This document shows, in pieces, positions 1-8,052 of a stretch of 64,000 nt of DNA. Under the pieces are notes generated by a model that did not search any database, had not been told where the DNA came from, and worked only from the letters and a program-made list of their open reading frames with translations. Every line of letters begins with the position of its first letter. Positions within the stretch are counted from its first letter, which is position 1. Where the stretch lies: the NCBI GenBank assembly GCA_029864565.1, contig JAOTTD010000001.1, forward strand, positions 66,232 to 130,231, read 5' to 3'. The DNA is from Thermoplasmata archaeon (GTDB lineage: Archaea; Thermoplasmatota; Thermoplasmata; UBA10834). The position numbers were made by a program, and so were the translations under genes.

Positions 1-1
1 T

Positions 2-1315
2 GCTACCCTTGGCCAGGAGGCCCAGGAAGATGGCTCCGGCCCATGGACCGTCTTCGTATATCTGGACGGAGACAACAACCTTGAAGGATATGCGATTGAC
101 GACCTTCTTGAGATGGAGCAGGTGGGGTCGAAGAACGGTGTGACAATCATCGTTCTGCTGGATACTCTGTCGCTGACGGAAGACACTCACTGGCTCGTAA
201 TCGAGGAAGACGTATCACACTATGATGTGGAGACAGGCGAGCTAGATTGTGACTGTGACTTGTTCCCTGAGCAATCCTGTCCTGAAGAAGTCGACATGGG
301 CGACGGTAACAAGCTTACGTGGGCTGTCGTGACCGCCTTCACGTACGCTCCTGCTGAGAACTACATGCTTGTCCTCTGGGACCACGGCGGTGGGTGGAGA
401 GGCGTGTGCTACGACGACAGCACCATACTTGACTGCGGCTGGGTATCCAGGCTGACCACACCTGAGACCGCTGCCTCCTTGGCGACGGCCCAGGTCGAAC
501 TCAAGAAGCTGGACGAGAATTACAAGCTCACGATCTTGGGCTACGACGCCTGCCTGAATTCGATGATCGAGGTCATCTACGAGAACAGGAACATCGCGGA
601 TTACATGTTCGCATCGATCAACCTCGTGCCCGGGCCGGGAATGGGCTACGCCGGGTTCCTGTCCGTGATGACGCAGTCACCGAGACCGACAGTCGAGGAG
701 GTCGGAAAAGCTGTCGTCGATTCGTATGTGGATTGTTATGAGAACCTGATTTCCGAGACGGGACAGGGCCTAGAGTACTTCGGGGACACGACCCTGTCTT
801 TCGTGCAGCTGGGAGAACGCGTCGGAGAGCTGGTGAATGACATCGATGCACTCGCCAGGGAACTCTTCAAAGGCGGATACTTGAATGACAGCAGGTTCAG
901 AGGAGCGATAGAGTCCGCGGAGTCACAGACCCCGAGGATACCGACGTACGAGGGTGAACACCTGCCATTCGTGGATCTCGGATTGTACGCAGACCTCCTG
1001 GGCCAAAAGATACCTGAGCTCAGCTCGCTGACCGACAAGATAGAGGAAGGTGTTGACGAGGTCGTCGTTTACGAGAGGCATGTCACATCCGCAGGCGGAG
1101 GAATACTGAGAACGACCGGCATATCGATCTACTTCACCTGTTCGTACTACTGGATCAACCCGGCGTACTGGTTCGAGGATATCGAGGATGCGGAACTCTA
1201 CGGTCTGAACACGGTGTATTACGGCATGGCGTTCACCGTTGACACCTTGTGGGACGAGATGGTCTTCACGTTCACCCAGGCCTACGACGAGAGCGTGCTG
1301 GACTTCGAGACATAA
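2..1315 (+). CDS. Clostripain-family (C11) cysteine peptidase, 5' end outside window
   Basis: Frame is open from position 2 and encodes WTVFVYLDGDNNLE upstream of the listed ORF. Catalytic motifs LWDHGGGW (His) and YDACL (Cys); DMGDG motif. Confidence 0.9.
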   Translation, partial: ATLGQEAQEDGSGPWTVFVYLDGDNNLEGYAIDDLLEMEQVGSKNGVTIIVLLDTLSLTEDTHWLVIEEDVSHYDVETGELDCDCDLFPEQSCPEEVDMGDGNKLTWAVVTAFTYAPAENYMLVLWDHGGGWRGVCYDDSTILDCGWVSRLTTPETAASLATAQVELKKLDENYKLTILGYDACLNSMIEVIYENRNIADYMFASINLVPGPGMGYAGFLSVMTQSPRPTVEEVGKAVVDSYVDCYENLISETGQGLEYFGDTTLSFVQLGERVGELVNDIDALARELFKGGYLNDSRFRGAIESAESQTPRIPTYEGEHLPFVDLGLYADLLGQKIPELSSLTDKIEEGVDEVVVYERHVTSAGGGILRTTGISIYFTCSYYWINPAYWFEDIEDAELYGLNTVYYGMAFTVDTLWDEMVFTFTQAYDESVLDFET

Positions 1316-1327
1316 GCGACAGGAAAC

Positions 1328-1359
1328 TGTGCGGCCCTCAGCCGCACAAACCATTTCCC
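1328..1359 (+). terminator. Hairpin plus AAACC/pyrimidine tract, probable terminator
   Basis: TGTGCGGC-cctca-GCCGCACA stem 12 nt after the stop, followed by AACCATTTCCC. Confidence 0.55.
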
Positions 1360-1691
1360 GTCCCACAAGGCCATGGACGCGGAAAGGCGAGAGGATGCTG
1401 GATTGGTGCAGCTTCTGCTCGCAACCCGTTCAGTCAGGAATGAGATGCCGGTCCAGTTTGCATGTCGTACGACCTGAACATCAGGTTTCACCGTGAAAGG
1501 CGATGACGAGGCCTATACCCCGGTGCAGGAACCCCTTGATTGAGAAAGGGCCAGTTATCGGGTTCCAAAGCCTGCTCAAGGAGGCAAGAGGCTGTAGGAG
1601 CGAACTGAGGGGGATCGGATCCTCGTTGATATGCCCCTTCTGGGGCTGCACATCTGCTGTAGACCAGAGCTTACCCTGCCTATCGTAGATC

Positions 1692-1739
1692 ATAGGATAT
1701 TTCTGCGCAGGCGGATTATCGTGCGCAAGGAGATCCTAT
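1692..1739. repeat. Imperfect inverted repeat containing TGCGCA-N12-TGCGCA
   Basis: ATAGGAT(1692-1698)...TGCGCA(1704)...TGCGCA(1722)...ATCCTAT(1733-1739), just downstream of the minus-strand PHP gene. Confidence 0.55.
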
Positions 1740-1767
1740 TGCGGCTCCTAACGTGTCACCGACGAGG

Positions 1768-2865
1768 TCAACGCCCAGTCCATACAGGGGCTGTCCACGC
1801 AGTCACGCCCTCTTCTCCTGTAACATTCGACGCAGTGGTAACTCTGACATAGAAGTAGTGGGCGCTGTCCGATGTCAGCGTGGTTGTCCATTCGACTGTC
1901 GTGCTGTCGACGCTTTTGCTCGCCACAACCGCTCCGCCGTCAGATACTATCTCGACTAGCTTGATCGCGTCAGCTGCACCATCTGGGTCTGAAAGCTGAA
2001 CCGTAACTTCGTATGTGCTCGTGGGCGACAGAACAGATCCCATGACAGCTCCGTTGAGCGTGTAGTGGACCTGCAAATTCTTGTCCTGCGTCGCATAGCC
2101 CCTGTTGGCCCTCATGGCCTCGTACAGATTTTCGGGGCTCAAACTCGGAGCAAGTAGGACGGTTCTGACCTCTGAGCCCGAGATCCAATTAGCGCTGTGC
2201 GTGTCGGAGTTAGAGGAGGGCATTATGTGCCAGCCAGCGTCCAACGCCATGGTGTAGCTGCCCTCGTAGAATTCATCGTTGTACACCTCGATGATGTTCA
2301 TCCCTGTGTCTCTGTCCTCCGTGTGGTAACTGTAGTTCAGGAAGTCGTCGCTGACATAGAGCGGATGGTTATACTGGCCGATTGCACCCGGCTGCTGGGC
2401 GAGCCAGTCGTAGAACTCAGGGAGTCGGTCCAGTCGATTCAGTAGGGGTCCCGGAGGAAGCTCCCGCGTGTTGAACACGTTGATCTCCCCAAGGTCAGCG
2501 AGCAGCCAGGCCTCGTAGCCTGCCATCGCCACAAACTTCTTGGAGGTGTAGTAATCTGCCGCTGCCAGGAGGTCATTCCACTCTTCTTCAGTGGCTGTCC
2601 AGGCATAATAAGCGTTCCATATCGCTATGTGGTCTGTGATGGCCATGAAGTCCGCCTCTGCATCAATAGCCGCCTCGTAAGCTTCCCACGGGGTGCCTGT
2701 ACCATCAGAGTAGGATGTGTGCGCGTGTAGATCGCCGAAATACAGGTTGTAGACAGTCGTCTTCTCCGTGCCTCCTGCAGAACTTGCGTTCTGGCAGGAG
2801 AATGGCACGATCATAACTGCGACCGCCACGACGAATAGGGCGGCCTGAATTGCCCGGTTGTACAT
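1768..2865 (-). CDS. Secreted PHP-fold metallohydrolase (CehA/McbA-like)
   Basis: Signal peptide; GDLHAHTSYSDG, AITDH, YNHP and NSDTH metal-ligand motifs; beta-rich C-terminus ending AWTAPVW. Confidence 0.8.
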   Translation of the reverse strand: MYNRAIQAALFVVAVAVMIVPFSCQNASSAGGTEKTTVYNLYFGDLHAHTSYSDGTGTPWEAYEAAIDAEADFMAITDHIAIWNAYYAWTATEEEWNDLLAAADYYTSKKFVAMAGYEAWLLADLGEINVFNTRELPPGPLLNRLDRLPEFYDWLAQQPGAIGQYNHPLYVSDDFLNYSYHTEDRDTGMNIIEVYNDEFYEGSYTMALDAGWHIMPSSNSDTHSANWISGSEVRTVLLAPSLSPENLYEAMRANRGYATQDKNLQVHYTLNGAVMGSVLSPTSTYEVTVQLSDPDGAADAIKLVEIVSDGGAVVASKSVDSTTVEWTTTLTSDSAHYFYVRVTTASNVTGEEGVTAWTAPVWTGR

Positions 2866-3216
2866 GTGGTTCCCCCCGTAGCCAAAAGACTACTGACTCC
2901 CCTCAAGGCGAAGGAGAGTAATATATGTTTATGTCCTCCAATTTGGCCGTTGCGTCCTTTTGAATGAGGTGAACGTGAGCAATTCTTCTGTTGGACAGCT
3001 GAGCAGATGCCGACATGCACCGAAGGAAGATTCAGAAAGAGCCCTTCTCGGCACTGAATTCGCCAATCTCATTTCCATCCAGTGTCTCGGACTTAGATCC
3101 CGGCATCGCTCAGGCAGGGGCCGTGGACAAATTTTCAAACTTGTACCACAAACGCCTTATTTGTTCATGCAATGGCCTCAGCAGGACGCGCAGGACGAAT
3201 CACGGAGGAGTAGAGC

Positions 3217-3654
3217 ATGAGAAGGAAGGCATCAGGAGTTATATTGTTTGCAGTTTTCGCCATGTTGGTGATGAGCGCACAGAGCGTGATGGCAGGGGCT
3301 GGATCATTCCAGACGCTAACGGCGTGCCTCAAGGAAAATCCTGGGGAGCCCTTGGGCACGGCAGTCTATTCGTCGTGGGAAAAAAACGGTAGGAGTACGC
3401 TGGAGATAACGGTCGCTGCTACAGGGGATTACGAAGGAACGTACTGCATCTACATCATCGATCTTGACGGCGAGAAGACGCTGTTGGAACCGACGCTCTT
3501 TGTCGATGACACGGGCGCAGGCTCGCTCATGCTGGACACCTGGTTGGAGGACGTAATCCCGCCTATCGCCTCGGAATGGAAAATATCCCTTAAAGAATGC
3601 GGTTACGGTCCCCCCGACGTTGACAGGATAGTGCTCTGCGGCAAGTTCATGTAG
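3217..3654 (+). CDS. Secreted hypothetical protein
   Basis: GGAGGAG SD; MRRK plus hydrophobic signal peptide; beta-strand-rich mature region. Confidence 0.7.
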   Translation: MRRKASGVILFAVFAMLVMSAQSVMAGAGSFQTLTACLKENPGEPLGTAVYSSWEKNGRSTLEITVAATGDYEGTYCIYIIDLDGEKTLLEPTLFVDDTGAGSLMLDTWLEDVIPPIASEWKISLKECGYGPPDVDRIVLCGKFM

Positions 3655-3873
3655 GGCCGGCCGATAGAACGCGGACAGCGTTTGCATGACGGGGGATAGC
3701 CGCCTCGCTCAGTCTATGAAACCACTTATTCCTTTCTCATGTTTTCCTCAAGCCAGGGCTCGCGAAGGGCATAGACCTCACGTTTCAGAGAGAAGGCCTC
3801 CGCGATGAAGAAGCGCAAGGTCGCTTCATGGCAACATCCTTAGCGAGGGACAGGCATGTCGAGACTCTGAGGA

Positions 3874-4077
3874 ATGCCGATGAAGTGCAGGAGCTGCGGT
3901 TCGGAGAACCCCGAAGGGAAGAAGTTCTGTGGCGATTGTGGCAAGGATTTGGCGGAAGCTTCCGCCGGACGCGAGGAGGAGCCAGGAAGAAAATGTAGCG
4001 CCTGTGGCCGCTCTATAGACATGGAGACCAACGCCTGTCCGTACTGCGGACACTGGGTGAAACGATCCATGTTCTGA
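3874..4077 (+). CDS. Double zinc-ribbon protein
   Basis: Four CxxC pairs: CRSC/CGDC and CSAC/CPYC. Confidence 0.8.
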   Translation: MPMKCRSCGSENPEGKKFCGDCGKDLAEASAGREEEPGRKCSACGRSIDMETNACPYCGHWVKRSMF

Positions 4078-4129
4078 CGATGACTTGACGTGAGGCAATT
4101 GGGCAGGATTGCGGCTCGCATATGCTGGC

Positions 4130-4161
4130 TGTACCAGTCTACGCATGTACCAGTCTACGCA
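4130..4161. repeat. Perfect 16-bp tandem duplication over the tbp stop codon
   Basis: TGTACCAGTCTACGCA at 4130-4145 and 4146-4161. Confidence 0.9.
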
Positions 4162-4703
4162 AGCAGACCAGCGGCCTTGAGCTCCTCTGTGATCTTGTCG
4201 ACAGCAGTCTCGGCATCTTCCGGTCTTCGGGCGCCAGTGCACACTAGCTTCCCGCTGCCGAACAGAAGCATGACCACTTTCGGCGATTCGAGGCGATAAA
4301 CGAGTCCAGGAAACTGCTCCGGTTCATACTCGACCTTCTCAAGGCCAAGGGTAATGGCTGTCGCGTTGAGATTGATCTTCGCTCCAAGGTTGCTTGTGGC
4401 GACGATGTTCTGAACCACAATCTCCGGCTCGTTCTTGACCACGACCCCGGCTGATTCTATCTGCTTGACCACCTTGCTGACGGCAATCTTGACCTGCTCG
4501 AGGCTCTTGGCACCCGTGCAGACCACTTTTCCGCTCCTGAAGAGCAGTGTCGCCGTCTTCGGTTCCTTCAGTCTGTAGACAAGACCAGGGAATTGCTCAG
4601 GTTCGTATTCCGCCCCGTCGAGCATAAGCGCTATCGCCCGAAGGTCTAGCTCCGCCCCGAGGGATGCCGAGGCTACAACGTTCTCTATCTTTATCACTGC
4701 CAT
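4155..4703 (-). CDS. tbp: TATA-box-binding protein
   Basis: Two TBP repeats (ENVVAS/QNIVAT, YEPEQFPGLVYRL, LFxSGKxVCTGA). Confidence 0.98.
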   Translation of the reverse strand: MAVIKIENVVASASLGAELDLRAIALMLDGAEYEPEQFPGLVYRLKEPKTATLLFRSGKVVCTGAKSLEQVKIAVSKVVKQIESAGVVVKNEPEIVVQNIVATSNLGAKINLNATAITLGLEKVEYEPEQFPGLVYRLESPKVVMLLFGSGKLVCTGARRPEDAETAVDKITEELKAAGLLA

Positions 4704-4914
4704 CGTACCTACACCGGCCTGGGAGTACTTGAATAGGTGCTTTATAAACGTACCCCTAGTCAGCGATGCGGGTCATGCAAGTCGTTGAACCGAGTTCCGC
4801 TTGCTGCAATGACCCCTCTGGCTGTTAGAGAGCTATACGCCCCGGTTCAGCTACGACCCCTTTTGCCGCAAAGGAAATCTATTTCGTCAATCCTACGCCT
4901 CCTTGCTGAGCTGC

Positions 4915-5388
4915 ATGGGAGAGTCTCAAGGAACTGACGACGTACCCCTGGACGGACGCCGCCTGCTGACCGAAGAGGAGAGGCAGAAGTTGATCTCCAC
5001 CATACATTCGATGGTATACTGGGTGGGCGTGCTAGTTCCGGAATACGAGATGCTCGAGGACCACAAAGTCGAGGTGAGAGAGGTGGTTTATCGGCTAGTT
5101 ACAAAGGAGCACTTGACCGACGAGGATAAGGCGAAGACAGATTCGCTCATAATCTCGTTGAAGCAGAGGGAACACGACCTCGAACACACACTCTCGCATG
5201 ACCCGATGACCGTACAGGCGGGAAAGGCGCTCATGGAGGAGATAAGTGGCCTCTTGAAGGCGATTGACGAACTGCGCATGGCAGAGTCCGAAGATGAAGC
5301 GGATATCGGCAAGACAGAGGCCATGTCGAGACTTGATGACGCCCGACGGTGGCACCGGTTCATCAAGGACATCAAACCGCCCAAGTGA
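4915..5388 (+). CDS. Archaeal helical hypothetical protein (DUF5788-like)
   Basis: Pattern EERxKL...VGxxVPE...GLxxAIDEL...ARRWxxF recalled from DUF5788; ATG at 4915. Confidence 0.6.
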   Translation: MGESQGTDDVPLDGRRLLTEEERQKLISTIHSMVYWVGVLVPEYEMLEDHKVEVREVVYRLVTKEHLTDEDKAKTDSLIISLKQREHDLEHTLSHDPMTVQAGKALMEEISGLLKAIDELRMAESEDEADIGKTEAMSRLDDARRWHRFIKDIKPPK

Positions 5389-5472
5389 ATTGATGAATAC
5401 GCCTTCGTTTCTGAGCGACAGTTCACTTCAGACCTGCGACTTGGTAGGATTCCGTGCTATCTGCGAACTTCA

Positions 5473-6468
5473 TCACGGATACAGGTATTCACCTGAAGGC
5501 AGCTGTTGAGTGATGCAGTGAACGTCCCCTCCGCCGACGCCGATGTACTCGCATCTGACACCGACGATCTCGCGCTCCGGGCACAGAGAGGCGAGGATTT
5601 CATGAGCGATATCGTCCTCCCGGATTCCATAGGTCGGGAAGACCACCGCACCGTTGGCGAAGTAGAGGTTGGCATAGGCGGGGGTCACGGAGACCTCATC
5701 AACCATGATTGGCTTCGGCTGAACCGTCCTAACCACCTCCAGAGAGCGTCCTTTCGAGTCGGTAGCGGATTCCAGTCGAGCCATATTCGCCTCGAGACGC
5801 CTGTAATTCGGGTCAGACTCGTCATTCGTATGGGCCGCCAGTACGACGTGGGGCATGACGAACCCGGCGACTCCGTCGACATGGCCATCGGTCATGTCAT
5901 CCTCAAGGCCGTTGGGAAGCCAAACCACCTTTCGAACGCCCAGGTAACTGGCGAGGGTTTGCTCGATCTCCTCCCGCGACATGCCAGGATTGCGATTTGC
6001 GTTGAGCAGGCACTGCTCGGTCGTCAGCAGAGTGCCGGCGCCGTCGACGCTTATGGCACCACCCTCAAGTATCATTGGCGCTTCGTAAAGTCGTGTCCCC
6101 ATCCGCTCAGCGATCAGAGCTGGCAGTTTCTCGTCACGTTCCCAAGGTCCCTTGTTGCCCCAGGCGTTAAACTTGAAATCGACGACTGCGAGATTGTGGT
6201 CGTCATTGCGGACGAAGATAGGCCCGTTGTCCCTCGCCCACGAATCATCGAGCGCAGCCTCGAAGATCCTCGCACCCGGGCCGAGCCTCTCACGAGCCTC
6301 ACCAGAGACAGTGGGATCCGAAATGACAGTCACTGGGTCGAAGCGGTCTATCGCACCGACGACGGCGGAATACGCCCTCTTCGCGTCCTCGAAGTGTCCC
6401 TGCCATGTCTCCTCTCTGCACGGCCATGATATGAAACATCCTGCGTGTGGTTCCCATTCCGCCGGCAT
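5473..6468 (-). CDS. aguA: Agmatine deiminase
   Basis: MPAEWEPH, DSWARDNGP, LEGGAI, TDGHVD and GGGDVHCITQQ motifs; true start uncertain (see findings). Confidence 0.92.
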   Translation of the reverse strand: MPAEWEPHAGCFISWPCREETWQGHFEDAKRAYSAVVGAIDRFDPVTVISDPTVSGEARERLGPGARIFEAALDDSWARDNGPIFVRNDDHNLAVVDFKFNAWGNKGPWERDEKLPALIAERMGTRLYEAPMILEGGAISVDGAGTLLTTEQCLLNANRNPGMSREEIEQTLASYLGVRKVVWLPNGLEDDMTDGHVDGVAGFVMPHVVLAAHTNDESDPNYRRLEANMARLESATDSKGRSLEVVRTVQPKPIMVDEVSVTPAYANLYFANGAVVFPTYGIREDDIAHEILASLCPEREIVGVRCEYIGVGGGDVHCITQQLPSGEYLYP

Positions 6469-6532
6469 GGAGAATCCGTCCTCTGCGGGCGTCCGTTTGG
6501 TTCCCTTGTTGTCGTCTGTCGATTTCGAGCCA

Positions 6533-7414
6533 TCACCTCCTCTCGTTCGTCAGAGCTCCGTACGTTCGTGGCTGACGGGTGTCCAAGAAACCGAAGAATG
6601 AGCGGGCATCCCGAATTCGTGACAAATCCAGGTCCGCGAACACGATCTCAGGACTGGCGGTGGACGCGCGTCTGATCACCTCACCCCAAGGGTCGGCGAC
6701 GAAGCTGCCTCCGTAGAAGTCTATCCTCTCCTCTTGACCGACACGGTTAACCGCAGCGATGAAGACCCGGTTCATTATCGCCTGCGCCCTCATGACGAGC
6801 TCCCATTCGGGGCGAGAATCGAATCCCGGCTGGATCAGCTCTGAGCCTATCGCGCTGGGGTATATCAGGAGCTCAGCGCCTCCGAGGGCCAACGATCTCG
6901 ACACCTCGGGGAACCATTGGTCCCAGCATATGCCAAGGCCGACGTTGACATCGCCCAGCCTTGCGACGACGTAACCGAGATCGCCTGATTCGAAGTACAG
7001 GTCCTCCCTGTATCCCTCGGCATCAGGGATGTGTATCTTCCGATATGATGCCCTGACGGCCCCATCCTTGTCTATCAGGGCTAGTGAGTTGTAGCTTCTC
7101 TTTGCATCGACGGCCTCTGCATACGGCAGCGCGACCGCGACATCTGATGCCTTTGAGGCTTCCCTGAATTCAGCGAGGAGCATCTTATGGTCGGGCAAGC
7201 CGCCTTTTCGGTCCTCGATGTCTGCGAACTGCCCGACGTACCTGTTCGAGAACAGCTCGGGCAGCACGCAGAGGTCCACATCGTTCGCTGATGACGCGGC
7301 CAGGGCACCCTTCGCGGCGGCGATGTTCTCCTCGGAATCGGCGGAGCACCGCATCTGGACAAGGCATATTCTGAATGCCTCCTTCGCATCGCCTGACAAT
7401 AGGCTCGACCCCAT
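6533..7414 (-). CDS. aguB: N-carbamoylputrescine amidohydrolase (nitrilase superfamily)
   Basis: E-K-C triad in PELF, YRKIHIP and ICWDQWFPE; YPSAIGSE; adjacent to aguA. Confidence 0.85.
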   Translation of the reverse strand: MGSSLLSGDAKEAFRICLVQMRCSADSEENIAAAKGALAASSANDVDLCVLPELFSNRYVGQFADIEDRKGGLPDHKMLLAEFREASKASDVAVALPYAEAVDAKRSYNSLALIDKDGAVRASYRKIHIPDAEGYREDLYFESGDLGYVVARLGDVNVGLGICWDQWFPEVSRSLALGGAELLIYPSAIGSELIQPGFDSRPEWELVMRAQAIMNRVFIAAVNRVGQEERIDFYGGSFVADPWGEVIRRASTASPEIVFADLDLSRIRDARSFFGFLDTRQPRTYGALTNERR

Positions 7415-7445
7415 GCGTCATGTTCCAGGAGGCACAAATAAATGA

Positions 7446-7763
7446 CTGCTAACACTGGTCGCTCTACTGCCCTCCAAAAGTGGAAACTCAAACGGGAATC
7501 TGGTGTCCGATTTCACTGGAGTGCTCGCATACCACAACGACTTCATAGATAACGCAGTGCACGCCTCCGACAATCGAGGGACCGAAAACTCATGGGACAA
7601 TGGATATCCTGACAGAGGGAACTACTGGTCCTCCTACGACGGCGTCGACGAGAAGAGTGGCGTCTACCAGGGCGAGCAAGGACCTGACGGCATTGGAGAC
7701 ACGCCATACACAATTGGAGTCTTTGACAGGTACTCACACATGGTGCCCATATTCGACTGGTAA
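7446..7763 (+). pseudogene. C-terminal remnant of a NosD/CASH beta-helix surface protein
   Basis: YHNDFIDN...SWDNGYP.GNYWSSYDGVD...DGIGDTPYTI...DRY tail motif; in-frame TGA at 7443, and no signal peptide or beta-helix body. Confidence 0.7.
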
Positions 7764-8052
7764 TTCATGATATCTTGAAGCTGGGAGACGCAGAACGGCG
7801 GCCGATGTCACGCTGGGCGCCATCGCAAGAACGGGGTCTGCACCGTTAGTCAGTACCGCTCATTGCGCAAAGTTCGTATAGTGCGCAACTGTTCATTGGT
7901 TGGAGAGAGCGCTTTACATTTGTTCGATTGCAGGGGAGACAAAGAACCGCGCGGCCGAGCCCAAGATCCGTGCGTCTGCGAGGCTCGGCCGAAACACTCC
8001 CTTTGACGCAGACGACGCGCCCTCTTTCGACCAGGGGAGGAGGAAATTCGAG

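Noticed and set aside
1360-1690. Possible small gene or ncRNA in the gap after clostripain 1 (e.g. MLDWCSFC... from 1395)
   Set aside because: Only one CxxC, no convincing family motif or structure on either strand; left unassigned.
5506-6429. Long antisense ORFs (also 17309-18211, 22906-23754, 31495-32463, 47905-48744, 54850-55758)
   Set aside because: They lie opposite clearly identified genes, carry no motifs, and are expected shadows in GC-rich coding DNA.
7900-8052. N-terminal extensions in the ORF track (S8 from 7900, oppD from 13496, aor from 39209, mmsA from 46378, ferritin-like from 44918, wHTH from 26450)
   Set aside because: Better starts with SD sequences, signal peptides or family-typical N-termini lie downstream, and some extensions overlap neighbouring genes.
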